A stretch of 64,000 nucleotides of DNA, from positions 23,498,001 through 23,562,000 of the forward strand of contig CM060732.1 in the NCBI GenBank assembly GCA_030704615.1, read 5' to 3'. Positions 12,198 through 24,986 of the stretch are shown here, in pieces. The notes under the pieces were generated by a model, which had not been told where the DNA came from, did no database searches, and was given only the letters and a program-made list of their open reading frames with translations. Source of the stretch: Takakia lepidozioides. Its lineage: Eukaryota; Plantae; Bryophyta. Every line of letters begins with the position of its first letter. Within the stretch, counting starts at the first letter, position 1. A program made the translations under genes and the position numbers.

Positions 12198-14149
12198 CAA
12201 ACTTTCTGTGTTGGGTTTTTTTGGCTGGAGCTCAGAGTCTATTCCTATATGTGTGGAATTAGTGCACATCGCTACTACTTGGGGGCCTTCTCAGAGTTGG
12301 GTGCCAACAAGAAACTAAGCACTCTTATTGAGGGGGAGTCATTGATGCTATCCTAGATAATTCTTTACTGTTGGCAGTGTGCTATGCTAGTCATTTACAC
12401 TTGCAAGTTTGTTGCAATCACAGGAGAAGGAAGCTGGACGTTCACCAAGTTTGCAGGAGATCGCCGGTAGCGCCAGGAGTGACAAAGATTCCTGTAAGCC
12501 CTCAAGGACCGCCGTATACGTCGTCTCTTTCTTCCAGTGACAATGGGCCGCCATGCTCTCTTGGGCTCTCACGGCCTACCAGAGGTGCCCTTAACTCACC
12601 AAACAAGCTCTTGGCTCTCCAACAAACTCTCTTGCTCCATGAAACTCACAAAATGAAGCTGAAAAATACACACCTTTGCCACCTTGGTGCAATTGCATCT
12701 CTCATGCATATTCCCTGGCTCTAGGGCGCCTCGTTGCTGCCCTTCCAGCCCCACTATTGCCACTCCAAGAGCCCTTACAATGCTAGAGTTTCAGATTGAA
12801 ACTTCCAACTCAAGCACATGCTTCACAAGTGCAGGGACCACCCCCTCTCTTCACTCATACCTCTTCATGAGCTTGGAGCTGAAGCTCCCAATAGGCTGCG
12901 ATGCATCCCCTCACAGCTCCACTATTCGGCTGCTCCTCATCTACCCGCAATAACTAGTTTCGGGCAGAAATACCTGGAGCTGATCATATCATCTCCAACC
13001 TGCAACACGCTAGCTTCCCATGCGCAGCCCACATCCCTGCAGCTCTGGCCTGCAGCTGAAGAAGACGACCACCAATTCGCCCACTCGTAGCCAGCATCTC
13101 CTTCGCTTCACACTAGAAGCCCAAACTTGGGTGTCATAGCGTTGAGCTATGCAACGCCACCATTCAATACAGGCTGACCGCCTCTCTATCCATTGCAAAC
13201 CTGTAATCTGTTCGCCTTCGCCCTCTATCCGTTTTGGATAGGCTCATGCACGGATCCCTGCACTCTAGGCTGAACCGCTTTTCATGGTCTGAAAACACAA
13301 GTGCTATAAAACAACTCGAACCTGACACTCACAGACTCGAGCTGATCTTTCTCGAGTGATAAAGAAGGAATGATACAAGCACACAAGCTTTCTCAAACTC
13401 ACACACTTGCACATGAAAACATCACTCATATTAAGTTGAGCCAAGTGCACCCCACGCCATGGGGAATCCACACTGCGGCGCCATAGCTAGACGCGGTGAG
13501 GCTCAACTCGAGAAAGATGAGCCCACCGCGATCTGCCGTGAAGATAACAACGCCAGGTGCCCAAACATATATTGGCACCTGGATTGACACTTGGATCAAT
13601 CCCAAATGTCAATATATCAAAACTAACTATTTTCTAGCTAGTCACACTAGTGGTAAAATAACTTGACAGCTTCGTGGCAAAGAAGGCAATGGGAAATGTT
13701 CCACCAGAGCCAGAAAGCACCAAAGTTCGTAGAGAACTAAGATGCTAGCCCAAAAGAAAACCAGGCAGCACCATGGAGTCCAAAAAGAAGCAGAATGCAA
13801 ATGTCCAGAGGGAGCCAGATCGGCAGACTAGAGAGCAGGTTGCCCTCGCCTTTTTGGGTGCAAACTTATCAAAAGACAACTGCATTTTAGATTTTCCCTT
13901 TCTAACTGACTTCCTGTGCTTCCAGTTGACCTCGGGCTCTTCACCCCCCAAAGGTGACTGTTTAGTGCTGAGCGAGCTGCCAACTTGATGGGATGTCGTC
14001 ATTCCAACAAATCCTCGATTCAGATTGTCTTGTGCAGATGGTAGCCCCTTTTCCCCAGGAGCTGTCAAAATCGGCAAAAAGCTCATCTCGCCTTCTCTGG
14101 CTGCATTTGCAAATAGCTAACCCCAGCACCCGCCACGCTTTCCTTGCTT

Positions 14150-14700
14150 TAGACATTAAGTCTGAGTGAGTCTTCAAAAGGATCGACTTAGCACTAACTG
14201 GCAAACTAGAGAACACATGGGCACACCTAGCCTTCCAGACATTCCACAGGGTATGAGCCCTTGAAGTGGCCTACACAGGGCAGGATGACCATAAGGATCC
14301 ATGAGACCAATTAAGCAAGATAACAGACCAACAATCCACAGATAGGGATTTCCATGAGGCATAGAAATGCAGAGCTTTAATCCACACTGTTCTAGCAATG
14401 GGGCAGTCAATCAAGCAGTGTTCGATCGTTTCTAGAACCATTAAAAAACAGGAAGGGCAAGAAGGAGAAGGACTCTAAAGACCCTCTTGAACTGGCAGAA
14501 TTTTGTTAACGATTTTCCACAAGAACCCTTGCACTTTCGCAGCTCTTCCTCCAAACATCACCCCAAACCAATTTCCAAGATGGGGGACTCTCTAACAAAT
14601 GACTCCATTTCAAAGACCACTTATTACAGCAGGCGTCAGCAGCAAATAATCAAGTTTAACCATGTAAGCAAAAAGGGGGGAGTGACACGATCTCTCCACA
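14150..14700 (-). mobile_element. LINE (L1-type) ORF2 C-terminal zf-RVT remnant
   Basis: Manual minus-strand translation 'KVQGFLWKIVNKILPV...CPSCF..ETIEHCLIDCPIARTVW' at about 14380-14540; boundaries approximate. Confidence 0.7.
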
Positions 14701-16923
14701 CCCATTCTCCTGGATCAAACTGAAGCCTATCCACAGGGGCAAGCAGAAACCATAGGAAGAAAAGGGTTGGTGTGACATCCATTGTCCGCCGAGGGGTTCA
14801 CTCTTCCTCTTGCCAGACAAATAACCCGGATAGCAAAAAGGGAGTTCTCCGATAATTAGGCAAATTCAGGAGAGTGCATACGCCCTATGGGGGAAGTCTG
14901 GAATTTCCAGCCATGAAGGAGGGAGGCAGATCTAAAGATTGCGAAAAAAACAACTTTGCCAACCCCACTGTCAGAGCCGAGCTCATGCCCGCTTTGGAGC
15001 TGGAACTGGCACTGAATCCAGCTTGTGTTCTTGAAGGAAGATGATAGAGTTTTCCTTTTGAAAGGGGGCAGCCCACCTTTGGAGGCGACGGCGCTTGGGT
15101 AGGGAGGCATCAGACCCGATGCCTCTTATGTTCCAAGATAAAAGGGAGCAGTTCATGTTGGGTTAGCTTGAAAGCCCATGGAGTATCCACGAAATGATGG
15201 CTTAACAAGTTTCGGAAACGGGCAGCTTCGTAAAGCCCTCGCCCAAGGACTTTCCTGGATTTGAGGCGCCTGTCCCGAGGCCGGAGTAAAGACCCGGCCA
15301 AGATTTTTTAGTTAGAGAGGATGGCGCCTTTACACGGAGGAATTTTCACGGCAGGTGAGCATGGCACCTTACGCCGCGTAAGGTTCCTGCTCTTGTGAGC
15401 CGTCCGACTTTAGATGATCCCAGCTGTCGATGGTAAAGGAAATCCTTGGTTGTGTCTTTACGCCGGGTAAGGCCCTCGGACGTGGGCCTTCCTGAAACTC
15501 GAGGCCGCACTCCGGCTACCGCCTCGTGGCGGGCCCCTTATTTTAGGAAGGCCCCCCTCCTGGGGCCTTACCCTATACATTTGTTTGCTACTGACTCATC
15601 CTCTCCTTGGAATTTAGCAGAGAATGATAACCTTGGCCTCCACTATTTCAAAGAACTGCGTCAGCAACATTTGATCAGCTGAATGGCTACTACCAATATG
15701 GACATGGACCATTCACAAATGACATAACTCTATCCTCTAAGGAGATTGTGATTGAGACCATGCTCCCTGGGCACCTTATGATGGAAAAAATGTCAAAAAC
15801 CAACTTGCTGAAACCATGGAGACGCCAAGGTATGGATAAGATTAGTAAGCTCAAATGAATCACTTCCAATGACAAACAACAAAATTAAGCTTTCATGGAA
15901 TATGTTGAGGAGCAACCAGAGCTTCCAAGGTATGGAAGGTAACCCAACTCTTTGCGTTCACTTTCACGTCCAATTGTCTCTACAAAGCGTAAGAAAGAAA
16001 CCCCAGCTAGGGAGGGCTTCTGAAAGCAGTTACCCTCATGTGCACCCGGGTTTGCATCTGCCAACCCTTTGTTGGCTATTGAAATTGTTCGAGATGGAGT
16101 TGTTATGCAATGAGGAATGGATTGGAAGTCACAGCTCGTGAACAGTGGCAGATTAGCCATCATGCACATATATTTCTCTGTGCGTCTGCTTTGTGCACAA
16201 TTCCTCCAACCCATTGAGGCAGGGATAGGGATGATCTCTAGCGAGTCCTGTGAGACGCATTCAGACCCAACAAGTTCATATCCTAGCTGCATATGTTGTG
16301 TTTGGATGGAACCTCTTTTGCTTTGCGAAGGCAGCTGCTGCATCCACAAGACCTAGAAATGCATAAAACAATTTTATGAAAATGTGCACAGAAGTTACTG
16401 GCCTTAGCTGAGCATGCACAGCCCAATTGAAACTTTATGAAATTGTAGACATTATTGTGTGAGAGGACTTGGGCAAACAACCCAAGGAAGTGTTGCTTCA
16501 TGCCGAGTTATACATCTGGAGGGATGGTAGTTATTCAAGATGACAATCTGCTTCATGAGCAATGATTATTAAAGTGATCTGCAGTCCCATGGATTGGAGA
16601 CAAAAATAATTCTTAACAACGTGTGGCCCGTATGCCTGGAAAAACCACATTCAAGCTTCACTTACACTTGGGTTAATAAGCTTTAATGTTGATTGCTCCG
16701 AGGGCAACTTTACACTCCCAACGGGTAAAAAGAACAAGCAAGTCTAAATAGTCCCACGCACCAGCGCCAAAACTTGTGAGGGCATCATGAGCTCGTAACA
16801 ACTTGGTCTGCATGCACAATCCAGTTGCCTTATTGGAATTTGTGGGAGACTGGTTACCTGCCTTGTCAACGCTGTGCGTTTTAGTTGTGAAAACCATAGA
16901 TTTACAAGTGCTGGAATCCTGTA

Positions 16924-19900
16924 TCAAAACTGAGAGCCGTCTTCCCTAGCCTCCATGTTGCAAATGGTTACCTCCCTCTCTAACAGCAAGAATTCTTGCA
17001 GCTGTGTATGGCTGAAGAGATGGTGAAGAGCGGTCTCTTTTGCGGCAACCAAGCCAATGAGGTCACTCTCCTCATCCTCCTCCAGTCCATCCCCAGACCC
17101 TGCAAGGAACACTCTCAGCTGCATACAGCGTAAAATCAGCTCAGGGAGACAACACTGCCGGCAAAGGCCTTGTAGAATATACAGAGCTGGTTCTTGCTGC
17201 AGAAAGCTTTCATCCCAGTACCATGAGTCCATTGTAACCACTTCCAAAGCAAGCCCTGACTTAAAATGAGGCAACTCCCCTTTGGCTGCTAGTGCCAGAA
17301 TGGAGCCAAGCAGTCCCCCATTGTGGCGCGTTGCTGGCCCAACTCCATCACCTTTAACGGGAATACAGCGCAAACGAATGTCAACACAGCTCCCATCCTG
17401 GATGTTTTTGTCAACTTCCACAGTCAACTGTCTTTGGACACCAGACTCTCCCCCACAATGGTACAAAGCACTGCTCAATGTGGTACAGACTGTGGCCTCA
17501 GGAGGCAGATAAGAACCTGACGCTGACATTAGGACAGCAGTAGCTTGAAGCTCTAGCCACTCCACACTTGCAAGCTGTGGTTCAGTGGCAGCTGTATTGT
17601 CCGACCCGGCAAGCCACGAGCCTTTATTCTGGTGCAGCAGTGAAAGCGAGTGCTCCAATGCTTCCTTGGCAGCAGTGATGGCTCTCTCTTTCTCTTCAGC
17701 TGATAGATGTTCTGGAGGAACTTCTGCATTTGATTGTTCCACTTTCAGCCAACCACGATAAAGAGCATCACACTCATAATAGTTTCTCCAATCCTTAAAC
17801 TCCTGGAGATTTTCCTGGACCCGGTGAGGCTGGTCAAGGGAGAAGAGCATCTCAGTTGGATGCTTCAGAGGTTCTGCCAAGTAGCTCAAAAGCTTGTGGG
17901 GTCCTGCCGGCACCATTGCTGTCCGCCACAACGAGATCAAGGCAAACTCACGGAAGAGTAGGTTGCTGTGCTCAAGGGCTCGTGCCAACAGCTCTGCTTG
18001 CAGGCGTTCTGCATCTGGAACACTGGGGGGAGCGGTGAAACACAACCATTGGACGGCCTGAGCTTTCTGTGAGCTCTCCAGCTGGCGAAGGTCACCTGGT
18101 CCCTCCTCCTTCACTGGCTGTTGGAGGCCTGCTTTGATTTCTCGAGACTTGCTCAGGACCCTGCTCTCCATGCCACACATCACCTCAAAGTCTCAGTAAA
18201 CCCCTAAAGCTCCAGGATACCACAAGGCAACAATCCTCCTGCCCATAATTTTATGGCTTGGGCAAAAGACATTCAGGCATAAAGCAGACGATACGTACTT
18301 ATCAAGAATGTCCGAGACAGAGCCTTTGCGGCCATTGTCAGGAAAAAGGGGAAGAAACTCCACTGCAGAGAGGAAGATCTTGTACTTGACCGGCACACTG
18401 TCGTTTTGTCGGAGATCCATAAAATTCACGTAAAGCTCCACACACAAGTGGGGGGCCAGCTGCGATGCATACACACCAACAAGTTCTTCCCTGTTCTCTT
18501 TGAAAAGGAAGATCACATAGGCGCTAAGGATTAGGTCACCAATGAGCCCTAGCTTCTCCTTGGTGGTTTCATCAACAGTGTCTGCTAGTATGCGGCGCAG
18601 AACTAACACTACATGTGCCCCAAATCGTACCATCTGTGGATGGCCATGATGCCTCAACTTACTCTCGCGAGGAACAGTCCATTCTTTAAGCAGGTCAAGC
18701 AGATGGGGAAAATCTCCCACCATGAGGTCCATCTGCACAAGCCGTTGTTGTTCCTTGCAGCTGCGCTGCACACTCTCGTGAACTAGATCCCCAGAGTGAA
18801 GTTTCTGGAAGAGGGCAACCAGATCGTGGGGTTGTTGCTCAAGAACTGGTTGAGGCCAGCTATGGGGTCCCTCCAGAATCTTCATGCTCATATCTCCCTC
18901 TCCTCCATCAGTTGTACCTGGGCGTCCCCCTTTTGCCTTGCTCATGCGAGGGTTTGGTGGATGCCGCTGCAACAGTTCTGAGTCTACTTGAGTGTCCAGC
19001 CACGAACGTGCCATGGCCCAGCATGCAGATTCCCAATCAAAGCAAACTGGCAGCATTCGCTTTATATTGCCACATTGAGCAGCATACACTGCAGCTTCAT
19101 GCCTTCCCTCATCAGCATTCTGTCCTATCTTCTCGGACGCACAGAAACAAGCCCATTTCCATAATCGCCGCTGGTGACCATGCCCACTTTCTAGCTCAAG
19201 GGCTTGTAGCCCTCGATCCTTGCCAGCATCCCGATAGGCCTCCACAGGTGGAGATGGACCGAGTTCTCCACAACCTCCTAAACTGGCTGCCCTCCATGGC
19301 TGGCCAGCGCTCCGGCAAAGCTGGCGAGCTTCTTCCAACCTTCCTGCCCGCAACAGCTTCCAGACGTCCTCTAGTAAATCCTCCTCAAGTTTCTGGTCCT
19401 CCGAATGAAGGCGCGCATGCTCGCGAGTGGGGGCATCCGGATCCAAGTGGCGGACAAGGGTAGCCTGACCCGCGCGCTTCCGAATTGCTCTCTGGGTTTG
19501 ATGCCACACCCCTAGCTTCTGCACGTATGACCCCGCGTACCAGCCCTTGTGTTTTTCCTGATAATCAAGATCCTTCGAAGACGAGCTTTCCAGCCATTGG
19601 ACTATCCGCAAACACTGCTGTGCAGTTGGGTCCCCCGCTATGAACAGGGAGGCCTCCTGCTGTGACGTTGATGGAGAGACAAAAGCATCGTCCGAGTACA
19701 TATCCTCCGCCCCTTTGCCAAAAAGATGCCACAGAAGGGACCACGATCCGGCTTCCCCTTGCAGCATTTGAGCCGTCTGTCTCATCAACCGTTCCTCTGT
19801 CACACGATGCCGTTCTGTAGCTTCTTCCCTGACCAATTGAGCTAGATCATGGCAGCTCGACTCAAATTGCTCCATAAGCTCTGGAAAAGAGCTATCCCCT

Positions 19901-20427
19901 TGAAGGGCTGCATGGAGCATAAATGCAAACCGCCCATAGCTTTCTTCTGCACTGTCCAGCAACTCCTCTCCAAGCCCAGGCTCCTGCTTCACAGTTCTTA
20001 GGACAGCACTAGCCTTGGGAACCGACGCCAAAGGTTTCGTTTCCATCTCTGGAAACCCCTGCATACCTTCATTGCTTAAACCCCAGCGAGCCAACTCCTC
20101 CTTACTGGGGCTCAGCTTCTGACTCCCCCGACCCTTTCTGTCTGTCGCTATCGGCGACTGGAAATCAACCCCAGAGTACTGATTTTCTTGCCAAAGCTCT
20201 CTCGGAGCTGGAGACGAAAAGGAGTCTCTGAAAGACGGAGATTGTCCCCTTCCGCTGGGACTGAAGCGAGCTTCTTGGGTGAGAATGGAACCCACCGATG
20301 ATCTCTTTTTCCCGTACCGACGATACTGCTCTCTGTCTCCCCCTGAACCCCCATCTCCATTGTGCTTGCTCTCACTCGCCACCTCGGGCGTTGCTGCCTG
20401 CCCTTCCTCTTCCACATCCCTGCCCAT
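16924..20427 (-). CDS. NUP107: Nuclear pore complex protein NUP107 (2 exons: 20427-18299, 18160-16924)
   Basis: 'AQQCLRIVQWLE', 'LDPDAPTRE', 'LLRAGRLEEARQLCRSAGQPWRAASL', 'WESACWAMARSWLD', 'LCRQCCLPE'. GT-AG intron 18298-18161 gives in-frame ILDK-VLSKSREIK. Confidence 0.93.
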
Positions 20428-20667
20428 CACTCTTGAGTCTGCACCCGCAATTCACCAAAACAACCCAAGAAACCCCCCAGACACGAAAGACGATGAATTC
20501 TGCGCAGGCATGGTGGACGGCATCCACGTCTAGGTGCTAGGGACCGTTATGTTTTGGGTAGGTCAATGGGTGCGGGATGAACAACTGTGGATGATGCACA
20601 CGTTGGCTTTGCTGGGCAGTGTTGCTGACTTCTTCGCTGGTGCATCATCTCTCGGAGACAACACGGG
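20428..20667. promoter_or_regulatory. Putative compact bidirectional promoter
   Basis: Only 240 bp between divergent ATGs (20427 minus, 20668 plus). Confidence 0.5.
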
Positions 20668-23600
20668 ATGGCCATGGCAGGGTGCTCTGGCAGTCTGCTG
20701 CTGTCGCAGCCAGAGGCCATGCCCAAGGCTGTGAATTCATCTTTCGGTGAGTTTTCGGGAGGTGGGTTTACATCGTGTGGACAAGTACCGGGCGAGGGGG
20801 TGGAGCTGAAGTCGGCATCCACCTTGGGAAGGCTGGGTCCGAGACCCTCGGAGGTGTTAGCTATGACGCCTCCCCAGGCGCTAGAGAAAGCGGAGAGAGG
20901 TATAGACATTCAAGTCTCTGCCAATTTTTTGGGTCTCGTCGTACCATCCAAACTCCGGATTGTCCTTGACTCATCCAGCAGAAACTACAGGCATTTCTGC
21001 TGAAGAAGCACAATTCATGATCATACGAGGGATGTAGAGGAACTTAAGCATAATCGATACCCTTTTCCTTCCTCCATCAGCCCCTTCAGGTTCTCCTAAA
21101 TTGTCTGATGCATTTCTCTTCTTTCCGTTCATTGCATAATGGGGAAAGAGAGGTATTGAATTGCATGAGTTTCTTGTGGTAGTAGCCCGTGGCATGCTTT
21201 TGCGAAAATGCCCATCGAGTTTGTTCCCAGGGAGAGAGTTATGGTTATCTCATGAAGATACTGCCGGAAGTTCTAAGAGTAACAGTTTTTTTGTTCTTAA
21301 TGGAGAGTGCTAGATACCATGGATGCATCACAAACTGCTGTAGTTTCTCTGGAAAGTGTAGACCAGTATTGCCAGCACACTGAATGGAAAAGTGCAAAGA
21401 AGAGATGTAGGCATTCACCCTTCTCTGAGACCCTGGGCAATGTGGTGCTCAGTCTGCACAGGATATCAACTTTCACGGAGTCAGTTAGATACAGGGCATG
21501 GAATGTCGAAGCAAATGCTTGTATCTGGCATTGACATCATGCGAGAATGCAATGTCAATTGCAGCACTCGCTAGCCCCCAATCCGCCACATCTAACATGT
21601 GGTTGTAATGTACTCTGTCAATTTCAAAGGGGAGGGGTGCATGTTCTTGCCCTAGTAGCACTCGCTACTACATATGCTTGAAGGCATAGTGCCCAAGCCT
21701 AACACTAGCCTTCTCAATAAGGCTCAGGCAATTAGTTGCTAAAGATCTATGTTTCAGTGGTGTTTACCTGCAGGCCAAGCAATAAGCTTGGAACAACTTT
21801 GGCAGGAGTTCTTCTCAGATCCTTCACAGTGGTGGGACAACAGGTTTGATAAGGTGAGGCTATCCTCATTTATGCTGTGAGAGAACGAAGTGAATCCTAA
21901 ATTTTGCAATCAGCCTCTTCTTCCTTGTTAGCAGGGCATGAAAGTGGATCATTCATGGTTGCTCCCTGTTAGTTGATGGATGCTTAGAGCTTTGTGGTGG
22001 TAGTCTGGTCTATGTGAGGCTGTGGCTGAAGCTGTGGCTGCTCAGCTGGTCACCTGTGATTTTGGCAGAGAAGTCCAAGATCACCAGACTTCAGAGATAA
22101 ACACACAAAGGAGGTCCTTTGGGTTGAGGGAAGGTCGAACCCTCCCTGGGTGAAAGGAGAGCTAGCTTCCATGATACAAGGTCAAGCACAATCTGGTGAC
22201 AGTTCTAATGTTGATGTACACCATGGAGCTCCAGGCCAAGAATACAAGGGGTATTTTACTCATAACGATTCAAACAGATTAGAATTGCTACAGTCTATTC
22301 TTGAGAATTTACAACTGAGGTAGTCTGTAACTCTGTTCATACCCCAGTCTGCCCTCATAGAGAGAGATTTCTCTGAGGTGTCTAGAAGATTTGACATATG
22401 ATGTGAAGTTGCCGGTAAAGGATTGTAACTAAGAGGTTCTAATCACGCAGGATGGCAGGCTTGAATCAGGCTCAGTTGTTTGTTGGACATCAGACTGGTG
22501 TCAGAGCCTCCACCATCACCAGTACTTTGGAAGCAGAAACAAGAGAGGCAATCAACAAGAACTCTTCTAGCAGTTATGGGGATGTTAGGACACTATGTAA
22601 GGCAGGACGACTGAAGGAGGCACTACAAATTTTGAACCAACAAGGCAATCGGGCAGACTTCAATACGTATGTCTGTGTCTTGCAGGAGTGCATCAACAGG
22701 AAAGGCCTAGCAGAGGGAAAGCAGGTGCACGCCCATATTATCCGAAGTGGGTTCAAGCCAAACAACTTTCTATTCAACACCCTTGTCAACATGTATGCGA
22801 AGTGTGGGAGTGTGGTTAATGCACGCCGAGTGTTTGACCAAATGCCTGAACGAGATATGTTTACATGGGCTATAATGATTGCAGGATATGCCAAGCAGGG
22901 GTGTGGTAGGGAGGCTTTTGAGATCTATGAGCAAATGCAATTGGAAGGGGTGACACCTGACAAGGTCACATTCATTTGCGTTCTCAATGCGTGTGCCAGC
23001 ATAGGAGCCCTTACAAAGGGCAAAGATATCCACGCTGACATTATGAGAGCTGGAATTCCATCGTATATAAATTTGGACAATACCCTGGTCAACATGTATG
23101 CCAAGTGCGGGAGCATGAAGGATGCTCGCCAAGTATTTGACAATATGGCAACACGAAATGTGGTCTCATGGAGTGCAATGATTGCAGGATATGCTCAGCG
23201 TGGTTGTGGGATGGAGGCTTACAATCTCTATGAGCAAATGCAAGGAGAAGGGGTGACACCCGACAGGGTCACTTTCACTTGTGTTCTGAATGCGTGTGCC
23301 ACTCTAGGAGACCTGGAAAAGGGGAAGCGGGTCCATGCCGACATGACCAGAAATGGAATTTCGCCAGATAACATTCTGGAGACTGCCCTTGTTGACATGT
23401 ATGCCAAATGCGGGAGCATGAAGGATGCGCGTCAATTGTTTGATAACATGGCTAATCGAAATGTGGTCTCATGGAATGCCTTGATCGCAGGTTCTCTGCA
23501 TGGGTGTGGTAGGGAGGCTTTTCAGATATATGAGCAAATGCAACAGGAAGGGGTGTCTCCTGACAGGGTCACGTTCATTTGTGTTCTCAATGCATGTGCC

Positions 23601-24986
23601 AGTCTCAGAGCCCTGGAAAAGGGCAAAGATGTGCATGCTGATATTATTAAATGTGGAATTGTACCAGATATGATGCTGGAGACTGCCCCTTCTGATATGT
23701 ATGCCAAATGTGGGAGCATGAAGGATGCATATGAAGTATTCAATAATATGGTTCAACGAAATGTGGTGTCATGGAGTGCAATGATCGCTGGATATGCTCC
23801 GCATGGGTATGGTAGGGAGGCTTTCAAGATCTATGAGCAAATGCAACAGGAAGGGGTGATTCCCAACAGGTCCATTCATTCTCTTCTCGATGCGTGTGCC
23901 AGCCTAGGAGCCCTGGAAAAGGGCAAAGAGGTCCATGCTGACATCATGGAAGCTGAAATTGCACCATATATTAAGCTGGATAATACCCTTGTTAACATGT
24001 ATGCCAAATGTGGGAGTGTAAAGGATGCGCGTCAAGTCTTTGACAAAATGGCTGAAAGAGATGTGGTCTCATGGAGTGCAATGATTGCAGGATATGGTCA
24101 GCATGGGTGTGGGAGGGAAGCCCTGCAACTGTTTGAACAAATGCATCAGGAAGGCTTGAAGCCAGATTGTATCACCTTTATATCTCTGCTGTCTGCATGT
24201 AGCCATGTGGGCCTAGTGGACGAAGGGTGTCACTACTTCGATTACATGAGTCGATATCATCACCTCACTCCTACAGTGGAGCATTTTGGCTGCATGGTGG
24301 ACCTTCTTGGCCGTGCAGGTCGAATGGATGATGCAGAGAAACTCATTAACCAAATGCCAATCAGAGCAGGTGCCGGGGTATGGAGGGCCTTGCTAGGGGC
24401 ATGTAGAATACATGAAAATATGGAGTTAGCAGAACGTGCAGCAAAACATATACTTGACAGCGATCCACAGCATGCTGGAGCTTATGTGCTGCTATCAAAC
24501 ATCTATGCTGCGGCTGGCAGGTGGGAAGATAAAGCAAAGGTGAGAAAAATGATGCAGGACAGAGGTGTCAGAAAGGAGCCAGGGCGCAGTTGCATTGAGG
24601 TTGACAAATCTGTGCATACATTCGTTGTAGAAGACAAATCACATCCACAAATAGAAGAAATCCATGATGAGCTTAAGAGATTGTCTGGGGAAATGAAGGA
24701 GGCTGGATATGTGCCTGACACGAGCTTTGTATTACATGATTTGGAGGAGGAGCAAAAGGAACTGTCTCTGTGTTACCACAGCGAGAAGCTGGCCATTGCT
24801 TTTGGACTCATCAGCACTCCCCATGGAACGCCTATCCGGATCATTAAGAATCTCCGGGTGTGTGGTGACTGCCACACAGCCACCAAGTTTATCTCAAAGA
24901 TTGTTGGGCGAGAAGTTGTTGTACGGGATGCCAACCGCTTTCATTACTTCCAAGATGGCGTCTGTTCTTGTGGAGATTATTGGTAA
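20668..24986 (+). CDS. OSB-type PDF motif fused to PLS-class PPR-E1-E2-DYW C-to-U RNA editing factor (4 exons: 20668-20899, 21774-21853, 22069-22319, 22451-24986; about 1032 aa)
   Basis: Last exon has about 17 P/L/S repeats, PG box (KEPG), HSEKLA, CGDCH and terminal DYW. Upstream exons encode 'LWQEFFSDPSQWWDNRFDK|RSPRSPDFRDKHTKEVLWVEGRSNPPWV'. Three GT-AG introns have compatible phases (1, 0, 2) and the summed exon length is 3099 nt, divisible by 3. The PPR-DYW part is very secure; the fusion is a model. Confidence 0.85.

Larger units (their letters stand above)
8159..12550. mobile_element. Degenerate CACTA/En-Spm-like DNA transposon (one terminus visible)
   Basis: Begins CACTACTGTC at 8159 with clustered AACCACT/AGTGGTT subterminal repeats; TnpA/Transposase_24-like ORF at 11496-12197; En/Spm ORF2 C-terminal-like segment 'VPDNYYRIHVKLV...LPYP' at 8320-8778. 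The opposite TIR was not found, so the right end is approximate. Confidence 0.65.

Noticed and set aside
13645-13665. CACTAGTGG as the partner end of the CACTA element at 8159
   Set aside because: Adjacent sequence is not the reverse complement of CACTACTGTCTTTTTCC and no matching TSD is present.
24560-24986. Reverse (U-to-C) DYW:KP-type editor
   Set aside because: Has the KEPG box, HSEKLA and terminal DYW typical of C-to-U enzymes.
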